In this document: positions 9,148 to 16,529 of the stretch, in pieces
Layout of the letters: each line of letters begins with the position of its first letter
Numbering within the stretch: the stretch's first letter is position 1
Assembly: GCA_949474265.1 (NCBI GenBank)
Contig: CASXBC010000001.1
Location: 84,216 to 148,215 of the forward strand
DNA: 64,000 nucleotides
From: an uncultured bacterium
GTDB lineage: Bacteria; Bacillota; Clostridia; Christensenellales; UBA1242
Direction of reading: 5' to 3'
Position numbers and translations under genes: made by a program
Notes under the pieces: model-generated
What the model was told of the DNA's origin: nothing
Database searches by the model: none
Seen by the model: only the letters and a program-made list of their open reading frames with translations

Positions 9148-10064
9148 TTTTGCCTCTTGATTGTCGAGTTTGGCTTTGAGCAATTCTTCATTTCATAGAG
9201 TGTGACAACATTTTTTAACTTGCTTTTGTTTTTGTCTGACATTGGCACAAGTGGCAATCTTACCTCTTCAGAGCAAAGACCTTTTTGTGATAACATGTAT
9301 TTGATAGGTATAGGATTTGTTTCAAAAAACAGTGCTTCATCAACAGGTGCAAGTGACTGCTGGAGTGCAAGGGCCTCTGAAAATTTATTTTCTTTGCAGA
9401 GGTCAAATATTTTTTGCACCTTGTCTGGATAAGCGTTTGCAGTGACGCTTATTGCACCATTGGCACCAAGAGCATAAAATATATAGTTTAAATTGTCCTC
9501 ACCGCTGTAAAGCGAAACCTTGTCATTGCAAATCTGTGAAAGCTTGACAATTCGTGATGCGTCAGCAGTGCTTTCTTTTATGCCGTAAACCCAATTATTT
9601 GCTTTTAGAATGACCTGAATTGTGGAAAGTTCTAGCATGAGACCTGTGCGAGATGGTACATTATACATAATCATAGGAATTTCAAGCTTTGACAATTCTT
9701 GATAATATTTTATCAGTCCAAGCTGTGTTGTTTTGTTGTAATAAGGGGTAACAACAAGGGCTCCATCAGCACCTAATTCTTTAGCCATCTTTGTGTTTTG
9801 CAAACAAGTTTGAAAGTTATTGTTTCCTGTGCCAACAACAAGTTTTGCTCTTCCCGCAATTTTATCCTTGCAGTATTTTATTATTTCTTTTCTCTCATCT
9901 TGTGAAATAGTTGAGGCTTCTCCTGTTGTGCCAAGGGCAACAATGGATTTAACTCCATTATTTAAAGCGTTTTCAATTATGTTTCCAAGTGAAAAAAAGT
10001 CTACTTGCCCATTGGAGAATGGGGTTATTAATGCGACCCCAACGCCTTCAAAGATACTCTTCAT
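9144..10064 (-). CDS. dapA: 4-hydroxy-tetrahydrodipicolinate synthase
   Basis: GVGVALITPF...ALGTTGEASTIS...VTPYYNK...YNVPSRTG...GIKES are DapA family motifs. Confidence 0.9.
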   Translation of the reverse strand: MKSIFEGVGVALITPFSNGQVDFFSLGNIIENALNNGVKSIVALGTTGEASTISQDERKEIIKYCKDKIAGRAKLVVGTGNNNFQTCLQNTKMAKELGADGALVVTPYYNKTTQLGLIKYYQELSKLEIPMIMYNVPSRTGLMLELSTIQVILKANNWVYGIKESTADASRIVKLSQICNDKVSLYSGEDNLNYIFYALGANGAISVTANAYPDKVQKIFDLCKENKFSEALALQQSLAPVDEALFFETNPIPIKYMLSQKGLCSEEVRLPLVPMSDKNKSKLKNVVTLYEMKNCSKPNSTIKRQK

Positions 10065-10182
10065 AAATTTCCTCTTTTTATATTAAATGGTCTTTTTTAT
10101 TTATGAAGAAGCCAATTTGTTTGTTAAAGTTTGTTCTGAAAAGGTTTATATGATATAATTTATTTTATAAGAGAGGCATAGA

Positions 10183-10770
10183 ATGAAAAAAATAGTTTTG
10201 GCATCAAACAACAAGCACAAAATTGAAGAGTTTAAAAAACTTTTTGAAAATTATGAATTTATGACTATGGCAGATGTGGGATTTTTTGAAGATATAGAAG
10301 AGAATGGTACAACTTTTTTGGACAACTCTTTAATAAAGGCAAAAGCGGTGCAAGACTTCTTGAAGAAAAAGAACATTGAAGCGTTTGTTATTGCTGATGA
10401 CAGTGGGCTTTGTGTGGACGCTCTTGATGGTGCACCAGGTGTCTATTCTGCACGTTATGGTGGAAATCATGATTCGCTTGCTTCGAGGAAGTTGTTGTTG
10501 AAAAATATGGAGGGGATAAAGGACAGAACTGCACATTTTGAATGTGTTATTGTAAAAATGGACCCAGATTGCAACTATATTTATGCAACAGGAAAGTGTT
10601 TTGGAAAAATTGCTGACAAAGCTTATGGGGATGCTGGGTTTGCTTATGACCCAATATTTTTGTCTGATGACTTAAACAAAACCTTTGCCCAAGTGACAAT
10701 GGAAGAGAAAAACTCCGTTTCTCACAGAGCAAGAGCTCTTGAGGATTTGAAGAGAAAATGGAAATTTTAG
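10183..10770 (+). CDS. rdgB: dITP/XTP pyrophosphatase (RdgB/HAM1)
   Basis: MKKIVLASNNKHKIEEF, DDSGLCVDALDGAPGVYSARY, GFAYDPIF and SHRARAL motifs. Confidence 0.9.
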   Translation: MKKIVLASNNKHKIEEFKKLFENYEFMTMADVGFFEDIEENGTTFLDNSLIKAKAVQDFLKKKNIEAFVIADDSGLCVDALDGAPGVYSARYGGNHDSLASRKLLLKNMEGIKDRTAHFECVIVKMDPDCNYIYATGKCFGKIADKAYGDAGFAYDPIFLSDDLNKTFAQVTMEEKNSVSHRARALEDLKRKWKF

Positions 10771-10858
10771 GACTTTGAAAATAGGTGATTTTGAAAGAGT
10801 TTGAAGATTTGGGATTTACAGAGAAGTTGTGGTTTGATAAAATAAAAAAGATAAAAAT

Positions 10859-10890
10859 AAAGAAGTAAAAATAATTTACTTCTTTTTCTT
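10859..10890. terminator. bidirectional terminator
   Basis: AGAAGTAAA (10861-10869) / TTTACTTCT (10875-10883) flanked by A and T runs, between convergent genes. Confidence 0.6.
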
Positions 10891-11331
10891 TTATGAAATT
10901 TCTTTATATAAGCCAGCGTTATAATATTCTGTCAACAGTTGAATTAACTCGCCTGTTGTTGGGCGTTTGCCGTTTGTGTAAAGCTCTGCATGAAAAATGT
11001 CATTTAAAGCTTTAAAGCCTTTTGTTCTTTCAACATAGCTGATTGCATGACGCATGCTTCTTTCAATGCAGTCAATATTTTGCACCTCAAAATGTTCTGC
11101 AATTTTTACATAAAGCTCTGTGCAAAGAAAGTTTATTAAGTTTGGATTTTGTATAACCAGCTCTACGCCGTATGTAAGATAGTTGAAGCCTGAGAAGTCG
11201 CATCTAACTCCAATGCGGAGCAATACCAATTTTATTTCTTTTCTGACTTCTTCGAGATTGATTTTTGTGTTTATTGAGACAGGATTCAATTTTTTCTCCT
11301 TAATAAAGGTTTGTTTTCTATATTGTACCAC
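10891..11331 (-). CDS. Spo0A C-terminal (DNA-binding) domain-only protein
   Basis: GVRCDFSGFNYLTYGVELV...LYVKIAEHF...IERSMRHAISY...KRPTTGELIQLL parallels the Spo0A_C effector domain, with no receiver domain. A TTG at 11289 behind an AAGGAG RBS is an alternative start. Confidence 0.65.
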   Translation of the reverse strand: MVQYRKQTFIKEKKLNPVSINTKINLEEVRKEIKLVLLRIGVRCDFSGFNYLTYGVELVIQNPNLINFLCTELYVKIAEHFEVQNIDCIERSMRHAISYVERTKGFKALNDIFHAELYTNGKRPTTGELIQLLTEYYNAGLYKEIS

Positions 11332-11383
11332 GAAAACATAAAAAAGAAAAGAGTTTTTTCAAAATTTTACAAAATTCTTAAAA

Positions 11384-11390
11384 TTCGACA
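11384..11390 (-). promoter_or_regulatory. perfect 0A-box heptamer (TGTCGAA on the minus strand)
   Basis: TTCGACA at 11384-11390, 50-100 bp upstream of the Spo0A_C-only gene. It is embedded in the hairpin GACATCAA AGA TTGATGTC. Could be chance (see findings). Confidence 0.25.
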
Positions 11391-11459
11391 TCAAAGATTG
11401 ATGTCTTAATGTGTGTGTTTTTTGCGAATAGATATTAAAAGTGTTTAAGTGGGATTTAA

Positions 11460-11475
11460 GTTATAAATTTATAAC
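11460..11475. promoter_or_regulatory. perfect 16-bp palindrome, candidate operator
   Basis: GTTATAAATTTATAAC in the divergent Spo0A_C / nrdD intergenic region. Confidence 0.25.
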
Positions 11476-11546
11476 AACAGGTGCTGTTTATTATGCCAAA
11501 AGAGTTGTCAAGTGTTTTTATAAAAAATTTTTATTATTTTTTTTTC

Positions 11547-11602
11547 AAAAATCTAGATGTTGTGGTTTCAAATTTGACAAAATACCATATATGTTGTAAA
11601 AT
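11547..11602 (+). promoter_or_regulatory. nrdD promoter with two NrdR-box-like elements
   Basis: TTGACA (11574-11579), 17 nt, TAAAAT (11597-11602). Tandem ATCTAGATGTTGT (11551-11563) and CCATATATGTTGT (11585-11597) lie 34 bp apart, bracketing and overlapping the promoter. Resemblance to the NrdR box is partial. Confidence 0.45.
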
Positions 11603-11637
11603 TTCATTTGTAAACTTGTTGTTTTGGAGGTAGAGTT

Positions 11638-13791
11638 ATGCAGGTTGTAAAAAGAAATGGCACTATTGTGGATTATGACCCAACAAAAATCAAGGTCGCA
11701 ATAGAAAAAGCAAATGCTGAGGTTTCAGGAAAGGAAAGAGCTTCAAAGGAAGATATTAAGGATATTTTGAAGCATATTGAAAACCTTGGCAAAACAAGAA
11801 TTTTGGTTGAAGATATCCAAGATATTATTGAGAGAAAACTCGCTGAGCTTGGACATTTTGACCTCGCTAAAAAATATATTGTTTATAGATATACAAGAGA
11901 GTTGGTTAGAAAGGCTAATACAACAGACCTTTCTATTAAAGAACTTATCAATGGTGAGAGCGAATATTGGAACACAGAAAACTCTAATAAAAATGCTAAG
12001 ATTGTAACAACTCAAAGAGATTATATTGCAGGAATTACAAGTGTTGATATAACAAGAAGATTTTTGCTTCCTCCAGAAATTGTTAAAGCTCATGATGAAG
12101 GTATAATAAAGTTTCATGATACAGACTATTTTGCTCAGAATGCTTTGCATAACTGTGACCTTATTGACCTTGAAGATATGCTTCAAAATGGCACAATGAT
12201 AAACGATGTAAAAATTGAAAAACCTCATAGATTTTTGACAGCAATGACAATTGCTACTCAAATTATTACTGCGGTAAATTCTTGCCAATATGGTGGTGTT
12301 ACTGTCACTATGACACATCTTGCACCTTTTGTTAGAGATAGTTATTATTTCTATTTAAAGAGATACAGAAACAGAAACTTATCAGAAGATTTGTGCAAAA
12401 AGTTTGCAGAAGAAGATGTGAGAAAGGAAGTAAAAGATGGAGTTCAGACCTTTCAATATCAAGTAAACTCTATGACAACAACAAATGGACAAGCTCCTTT
12501 CCTTTCTGTTTGTCTCTATATAGGGGAAACGGAGGAATATAAGGCGGAACTTGCTCTTATTATTGAAGAGATGCTTAAGCAAAGAATAGAGGGTATGAAA
12601 AATGAGAAAGGCGTCTTTATTACTCCAGCATTTCCAAAGCTTTTGTATGTTTTGGAAGAGGAAAATGTACATGAAAATAGCAAATATTATTATTTGACAC
12701 AACTTGCCGCAGAATGTACTGCAAAGAGAATGGTTCCTGATTATATTTCAGAAAAAATCATGAAGCAAAACAAAATTGACAAAAATGGTGATGGACAGTG
12801 TTATCCTTGTATGGGTTGTAGGTCATTCCTCACACCTTACCTTGATAAAGATGGTAAACCAAAATATTATGGAAGATTCAATCAAGGTGTTGTGACAATC
12901 AACCTTGTTGATGTTGCTCTTTCTGCAGACAAAGATTTTGACCTTTTCTGGAAGATATTTGATGAAAGACTTGAACTTTGCCACAAAGCTCTTCAGATAA
13001 GACATAAAAGATTGAGTGGTATTACAAGTGATGTTGCTCCAATTTTGTGGCAAAATGGTGCACTTGCTCGTCTTAAGAAAGGCGAAAGCATACACGAACT
13101 TTTGCATGGAGGCTATTCAACTATTTCTTTGGGCTATGCAGGGCTTTATGAATGTGTGAAAGCTATGACAGGACACAGCCACACAGACAATGGAGAGGGA
13201 AAAGCGTTTGGACTCAAAGTTATGAAACACATGGTTGACAAATGTAACGAATGGAAAGAAGCAGAAGACATTGATTATAGTGTTTATGGAACTCCAATTG
13301 AGTCTACAACATATCAATTTGCGAAGAACTTGAGGAAGAGATTTGGAACTATCGAAGGTATTACTGATAGAGATTATATTACAAACTCATATCACGTGCC
13401 TGTTTTTGAAGAAATTGATGCTTTTACAAAGCTTAAACTTGAAAGCGAATTCCAAGCACTTAGTCCAGGTGGAGCTGTTTCGTATGTTGAAACACCAAAC
13501 CTTACAAACAATTTGGATGCGGTTTTGGAAGTAATTAAATATATTTACGACAACATCATGTATGCGGAACTTAACACTAAGAGCGATTTTTGTCAAGCGT
13601 GTGATTACAATGGAGAGATGTTGATTGATGATAATTTGGAATGGTATTGTCCAAACTGTGGAAACCGTGACCACAACAAAATGAACGTTGCAAGAAGAAC
13701 ATGTGGTTATATTGGCACAAACTTCTGGAACAAAGGCAGAACTCAAGAAATTAAAGAGAGAGTTATTCATCTTGACAATAAAGATGACTAA
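11638..13791 (+). CDS. nrdD: anaerobic ribonucleoside-triphosphate reductase
   Basis: GGAGG RBS. N-terminal ATP-cone (VVKRNGTIVDYDPTKI), C-terminal Zn ribbon (CQACDY...CPNCG) and glycyl-radical motif RRTCGYIG. Confidence 0.95.
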   Translation: MQVVKRNGTIVDYDPTKIKVAIEKANAEVSGKERASKEDIKDILKHIENLGKTRILVEDIQDIIERKLAELGHFDLAKKYIVYRYTRELVRKANTTDLSIKELINGESEYWNTENSNKNAKIVTTQRDYIAGITSVDITRRFLLPPEIVKAHDEGIIKFHDTDYFAQNALHNCDLIDLEDMLQNGTMINDVKIEKPHRFLTAMTIATQIITAVNSCQYGGVTVTMTHLAPFVRDSYYFYLKRYRNRNLSEDLCKKFAEEDVRKEVKDGVQTFQYQVNSMTTTNGQAPFLSVCLYIGETEEYKAELALIIEEMLKQRIEGMKNEKGVFITPAFPKLLYVLEEENVHENSKYYYLTQLAAECTAKRMVPDYISEKIMKQNKIDKNGDGQCYPCMGCRSFLTPYLDKDGKPKYYGRFNQGVVTINLVDVALSADKDFDLFWKIFDERLELCHKALQIRHKRLSGITSDVAPILWQNGALARLKKGESIHELLHGGYSTISLGYAGLYECVKAMTGHSHTDNGEGKAFGLKVMKHMVDKCNEWKEAEDIDYSVYGTPIESTTYQFAKNLRKRFGTIEGITDRDYITNSYHVPVFEEIDAFTKLKLESEFQALSPGGAVSYVETPNLTNNLDAVLEVIKYIYDNIMYAELNTKSDFCQACDYNGEMLIDDNLEWYCPNCGNRDHNKMNVARRTCGYIGTNFWNKGRTQEIKERVIHLDNKDD

Positions 13792-13815
13792 AAAGTAATA
13801 TAAATAGGAAAAAAG

Positions 13816-14319
13816 ATGAGATACAACAAAATCAGAAAAATGGATATTGCGAACGGTCCAGGCGTAAGAGTTTCAATATTTATGCAGGGGTGCTGTTTTA
13901 ATTGCAAAAACTGTTTCAACCCAGAGACTCATGATTTTAATGGCGGAAAAGAATTTTCTGACGAGACTATTGAACACATATTATCAATTTCGGACAAAGA
14001 ATTTATCAAAGGCTTATCAATTTTGGGTGGAGAACCAATGCACCCTAAAAATATTGATGGAAGTGGAAAACTTGCAAAGGTATTTAAAACCAGATTTCCT
14101 GAAAAAACTGTTTGGGTATGGACAGGATTCCTGTTTGATAGAGATTTGAAAGATAAAGAAGCTTTGAAATATGTTGATGTGCTTGTGGATGGGCAGTTTG
14201 TTGAAGAACTTAAAAACCCACTTTTGAAATTTAGAGGCTCGTCAAATCAAAGAATCATTGATGTGCAAAAGTCACTTGCAGAAGGGAAAGTTGTTGTGCT
14301 TTCTGATGAACAAGTGTAG
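13816..14319 (+). CDS. nrdG: anaerobic RNR activating radical-SAM protein
   Basis: DIANGPGVRVSIFMQGCCFNCKNCFNPETH and position directly after nrdD. Confidence 0.9.
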   Translation: MRYNKIRKMDIANGPGVRVSIFMQGCCFNCKNCFNPETHDFNGGKEFSDETIEHILSISDKEFIKGLSILGGEPMHPKNIDGSGKLAKVFKTRFPEKTVWVWTGFLFDRDLKDKEALKYVDVLVDGQFVEELKNPLLKFRGSSNQRIIDVQKSLAEGKVVVLSDEQV

Positions 14320-14339
14320 ATTAACAGGAGAAAAATAAG

Positions 14340-14882
14340 ATGAAAAACTATTTTGAAAATGAGGATGCAATCTATTTTGCAAAGATAAGACCTGGTGCAA
14401 CAATTCCTACAAAAAGAGATGAAGATGCTGGCTATGACCTTTATGCTTGTTTTGATGAGGATTTCTTTGTCATTGAAGCAGGAAAAACTAGAGCTGTGCC
14501 AACTGCACTTGCGATAGCGTATTCAAAAAAATATTACACTCAAATTGAAGAGCGAAGCAGTATGGCAAAAATCGGTATAAAAAAATCAGGTGGTGTGTTT
14601 GATTCGGGCTATCGTGGAGAATACCTCATAATGACTTACAACACAAACGACAAACCATTTGTGATTTCAAAGAAAACAGCAGAAGAAGTTGGAGAAAAGC
14701 TTGTTGTTGGCGGAAAAACATATTCTACCAAAGATGTTATACTTTATCCATATACAAAGGCAATTTGTGAGATGGTTGTTCATCTTGTTCCCCAAATGCA
14801 AGAAAGTGAAATTTCTTATGAAGAGCTTAAAAGTATACCTTCTGAAAGAGGAGAGGGCGGCTTTGGCTCATCAAATAAATAA
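14340..14882 (+). CDS. dut: dUTP diphosphatase
   Basis: AGGAG RBS. DAGYDLYA, GVFDSGYRGE and SERGEGGFGSS motifs. Confidence 0.85.
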   Translation: MKNYFENEDAIYFAKIRPGATIPTKRDEDAGYDLYACFDEDFFVIEAGKTRAVPTALAIAYSKKYYTQIEERSSMAKIGIKKSGGVFDSGYRGEYLIMTYNTNDKPFVISKKTAEEVGEKLVVGGKTYSTKDVILYPYTKAICEMVVHLVPQMQESEISYEELKSIPSERGEGGFGSSNK

Positions 14883-15249
14883 AAATAATTATTTATTTAA
14901 TATTTGCTAAGAAATAAATTAATAAAAATAAAAAAGGGATTTTTTCCCTTTTATTTTTTTATAATAATATGAAAATAAAAAATTAAAAAATTTAAAATAT
15001 ATTAAAAATAAAATCAATTTAAATACAATAGAAAAATATAAAAAAATTGCTATTTACCTTTAAAAATGACATTTATAGCAACTTTTTTAATTAAAATAAT
15101 GTTTATTTAAATAAAATTAAAGAATTAAATAAAATATTTAATTACAATTAATTAAGAATAAAAATAATATTTTTAATATTTAAAATTAATTAATTTTTAA
15201 TTATTTATTATTTTTGAAATTAATTAATAATTAAATTAATTTATTATTT
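14883..15249. other. extreme AT-rich convergent intergenic tract with AATTAA-type reiterations
   Basis: By my count only 4 G/C occur in 15121-15240. Repeated AATTAA / TTAAAT / AATTAATTAA words. No ORF of 60 aa or more. Confidence 0.7.
14930..14960 (+). terminator. rho-independent terminator after dut
   Basis: AAAAGGGA TTTT TCCCTTTT followed by a T run. Confidence 0.6.
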
Positions 15250-16002
15250 TTATAAACACAAATCTAAAATCATCATAAAAATAAATCCAATAATAAATGC
15301 CCATGTGCCAAGTGAGGATTTTTTATTTTCATGAAGTTCTGGCATAAGCTCTTCAATTATTACATACAGCATTGCTCCTGCTGAAAATGAGAGAAGCCAA
15401 GGAAGCAGACATGCAATACTTTTTGCAAGGAAAAAGCCTGCTACTGCAAAAATAGGCTCCACAATCCCACTTAAAGCACCAAAGAAAAAAGCTTTTTTGC
15501 TTCCGAGAGACTTTTGAAGGGGCATGGCGGTCGCCAAGCCTTCAGGAAAGTTTTGTAATGCGATGCCTAGTGCAAGCATAAATGGGCTTAGATAGGTTGC
15601 GGTGTTTACTGCAGCTGCAGTTCCGACTGCAAAACCAACAGAAAGTCCTTCTGGGATGTTATGTATTGTTATTGCGGTAAAAAGTTTGAAAGGGCGTTGG
15701 TGGTCAGACTTTATAAATCTTTTGCTTATGCAATCTAAAGTTATCATAAACACACCGCCAAGCAAAAAGCCAACGCAAACAGGTATGATTGTCAGGTTTC
15801 CCCAACTTGGCTCGGCATTTTCAATGGATGGCATAAGCAAAGACCAGATTGAAGCAGATAGCATGATGCCTGAAGCAATGCCGATTGTTATTTTATTTAA
15901 GGTATCAGAAGGTTTTTTAAAGAAAAAAATTAATAATGCACCAAGAGATGTAAAGGCAAATGGCAGTGTAAATGATAATATAAGAGTAGTTGTTAAGTTC
16001 AT
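15250..16002 (-). CDS. zupT: ZIP-family divalent metal (zinc) transporter
   Basis: Polytopic membrane protein with HNIPEGLSVGFA and QNFPEGLATA ZIP signatures, 250 aa. Confidence 0.8.
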   Translation of the reverse strand: MNLTTTLILSFTLPFAFTSLGALLIFFFKKPSDTLNKITIGIASGIMLSASIWSLLMPSIENAEPSWGNLTIIPVCVGFLLGGVFMITLDCISKRFIKSDHQRPFKLFTAITIHNIPEGLSVGFAVGTAAAVNTATYLSPFMLALGIALQNFPEGLATAMPLQKSLGSKKAFFFGALSGIVEPIFAVAGFFLAKSIACLLPWLLSFSAGAMLYVIIEELMPELHENKKSSLGTWAFIIGFIFMMILDLCL

Positions 16003-16112
16003 TTTCTTTCGTATTTCTCCTGTTATTCATTTTATGGAGAAAAGATTTTTCTGTGACAAGGAGAAGTTTTGGAAAACTTAAAAACAGTGAAGCTGATTGA
16101 AAGTTGGGTTTT

Positions 16113-16171
16113 AAAAAACATGCAAAAACGCATATTTTTAATTTAAAAACCTTTATTTTTGCATGTTTTTT
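16113..16171. repeat. 16-bp perfect inverted repeat with a 27-nt spacer
   Basis: AAAAAACATGCAAAAA (16113-16128) and TTTTTGCATGTTTTTT (16156-16171) in the divergent zupT / giant-gene intergenic region. Confidence 0.6.
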
Positions 16172-16246
16172 ATAGATTTTCTTTTATTTTTTTGCTACAT
16201 AATTTTAAATAATAAAAAAATCATAAAAAATTAATTAAAAATAGGC

Positions 16247-16273
16247 AAAAACCTGCATTTTTGCAGGTTTTTT
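16247..16273. terminator. terminator-like hairpin in a divergent promoter region
   Basis: AAAAACCTGCA TTTT TGCAGGTTTTT, an 11-bp stem, symmetric and so bidirectional. Confidence 0.5.
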
Positions 16274-16346
16274 GAAAAGCTTTTTCATTCGGTAATATCT
16301 AACAAGTAAGACTTTTTGCAAAATACATTTATTTGTGAGGTTTAAA

Positions 16347-16375
16347 TTGACTTTTTTAGTTAATTATATTAATAT
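16347..16375 (+). promoter_or_regulatory. candidate promoter of the giant gene
   Basis: TTGACT (16347-16352), 17 nt, TAATAT (16370-16375). This would give a leader of about 150 nt. Confidence 0.45.
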
Positions 16376-16449
16376 ATATTACGTAAGAAAAATTGCAGAA
16401 CTAACTACAAAAATCTTACATAAAAATTCTGATAGTGCGACCGATAAAC

Positions 16450-16475
16450 CTCTCAAGGACTTTTGAGAGTTTTTT
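16450..16475 (+). terminator. leader terminator-like hairpin upstream of the giant ORF start
   Basis: CTCTCAA (16450-16456) GGACTT TTGAGAG (16463-16469) followed by TTTTTT (16470-16475), lying between the candidate promoter and the RBS/ATG at 16530. Confidence 0.4.
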
Positions 16476-16529
16476 GTGTCTAAAAAGATTTTTGTTTTTG
16501 CAGGGCTTATCCAAAAGGAGATTTCTGAA

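Noticed and set aside
10065-10182. Lysine riboswitch (L-box) upstream of the dapA-aspartokinase operon
   Set aside because: The spacer is only 118 bp, is shared with the divergent rdgB promoter, and lacks the conserved L-box helices.
11743-12318. 191-aa minus-strand ORF and other ORFs inside nrdD (12382-12702, 12823-13107, 13387-13770)
   Set aside because: They are antisense to a confidently identified nrdD, with low-complexity Cys/Ile/Phe-rich translations.
16476-16529. GTG start of the giant ORF at 16476 (MSKKIFVFAGLIQKEISE)
   Set aside because: There is no RBS, and it begins inside or just after the leader hairpin T-run. The ATG at 16530 has AAAGGAG at ideal spacing and starts the signal peptide. 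A residual possibility remains.
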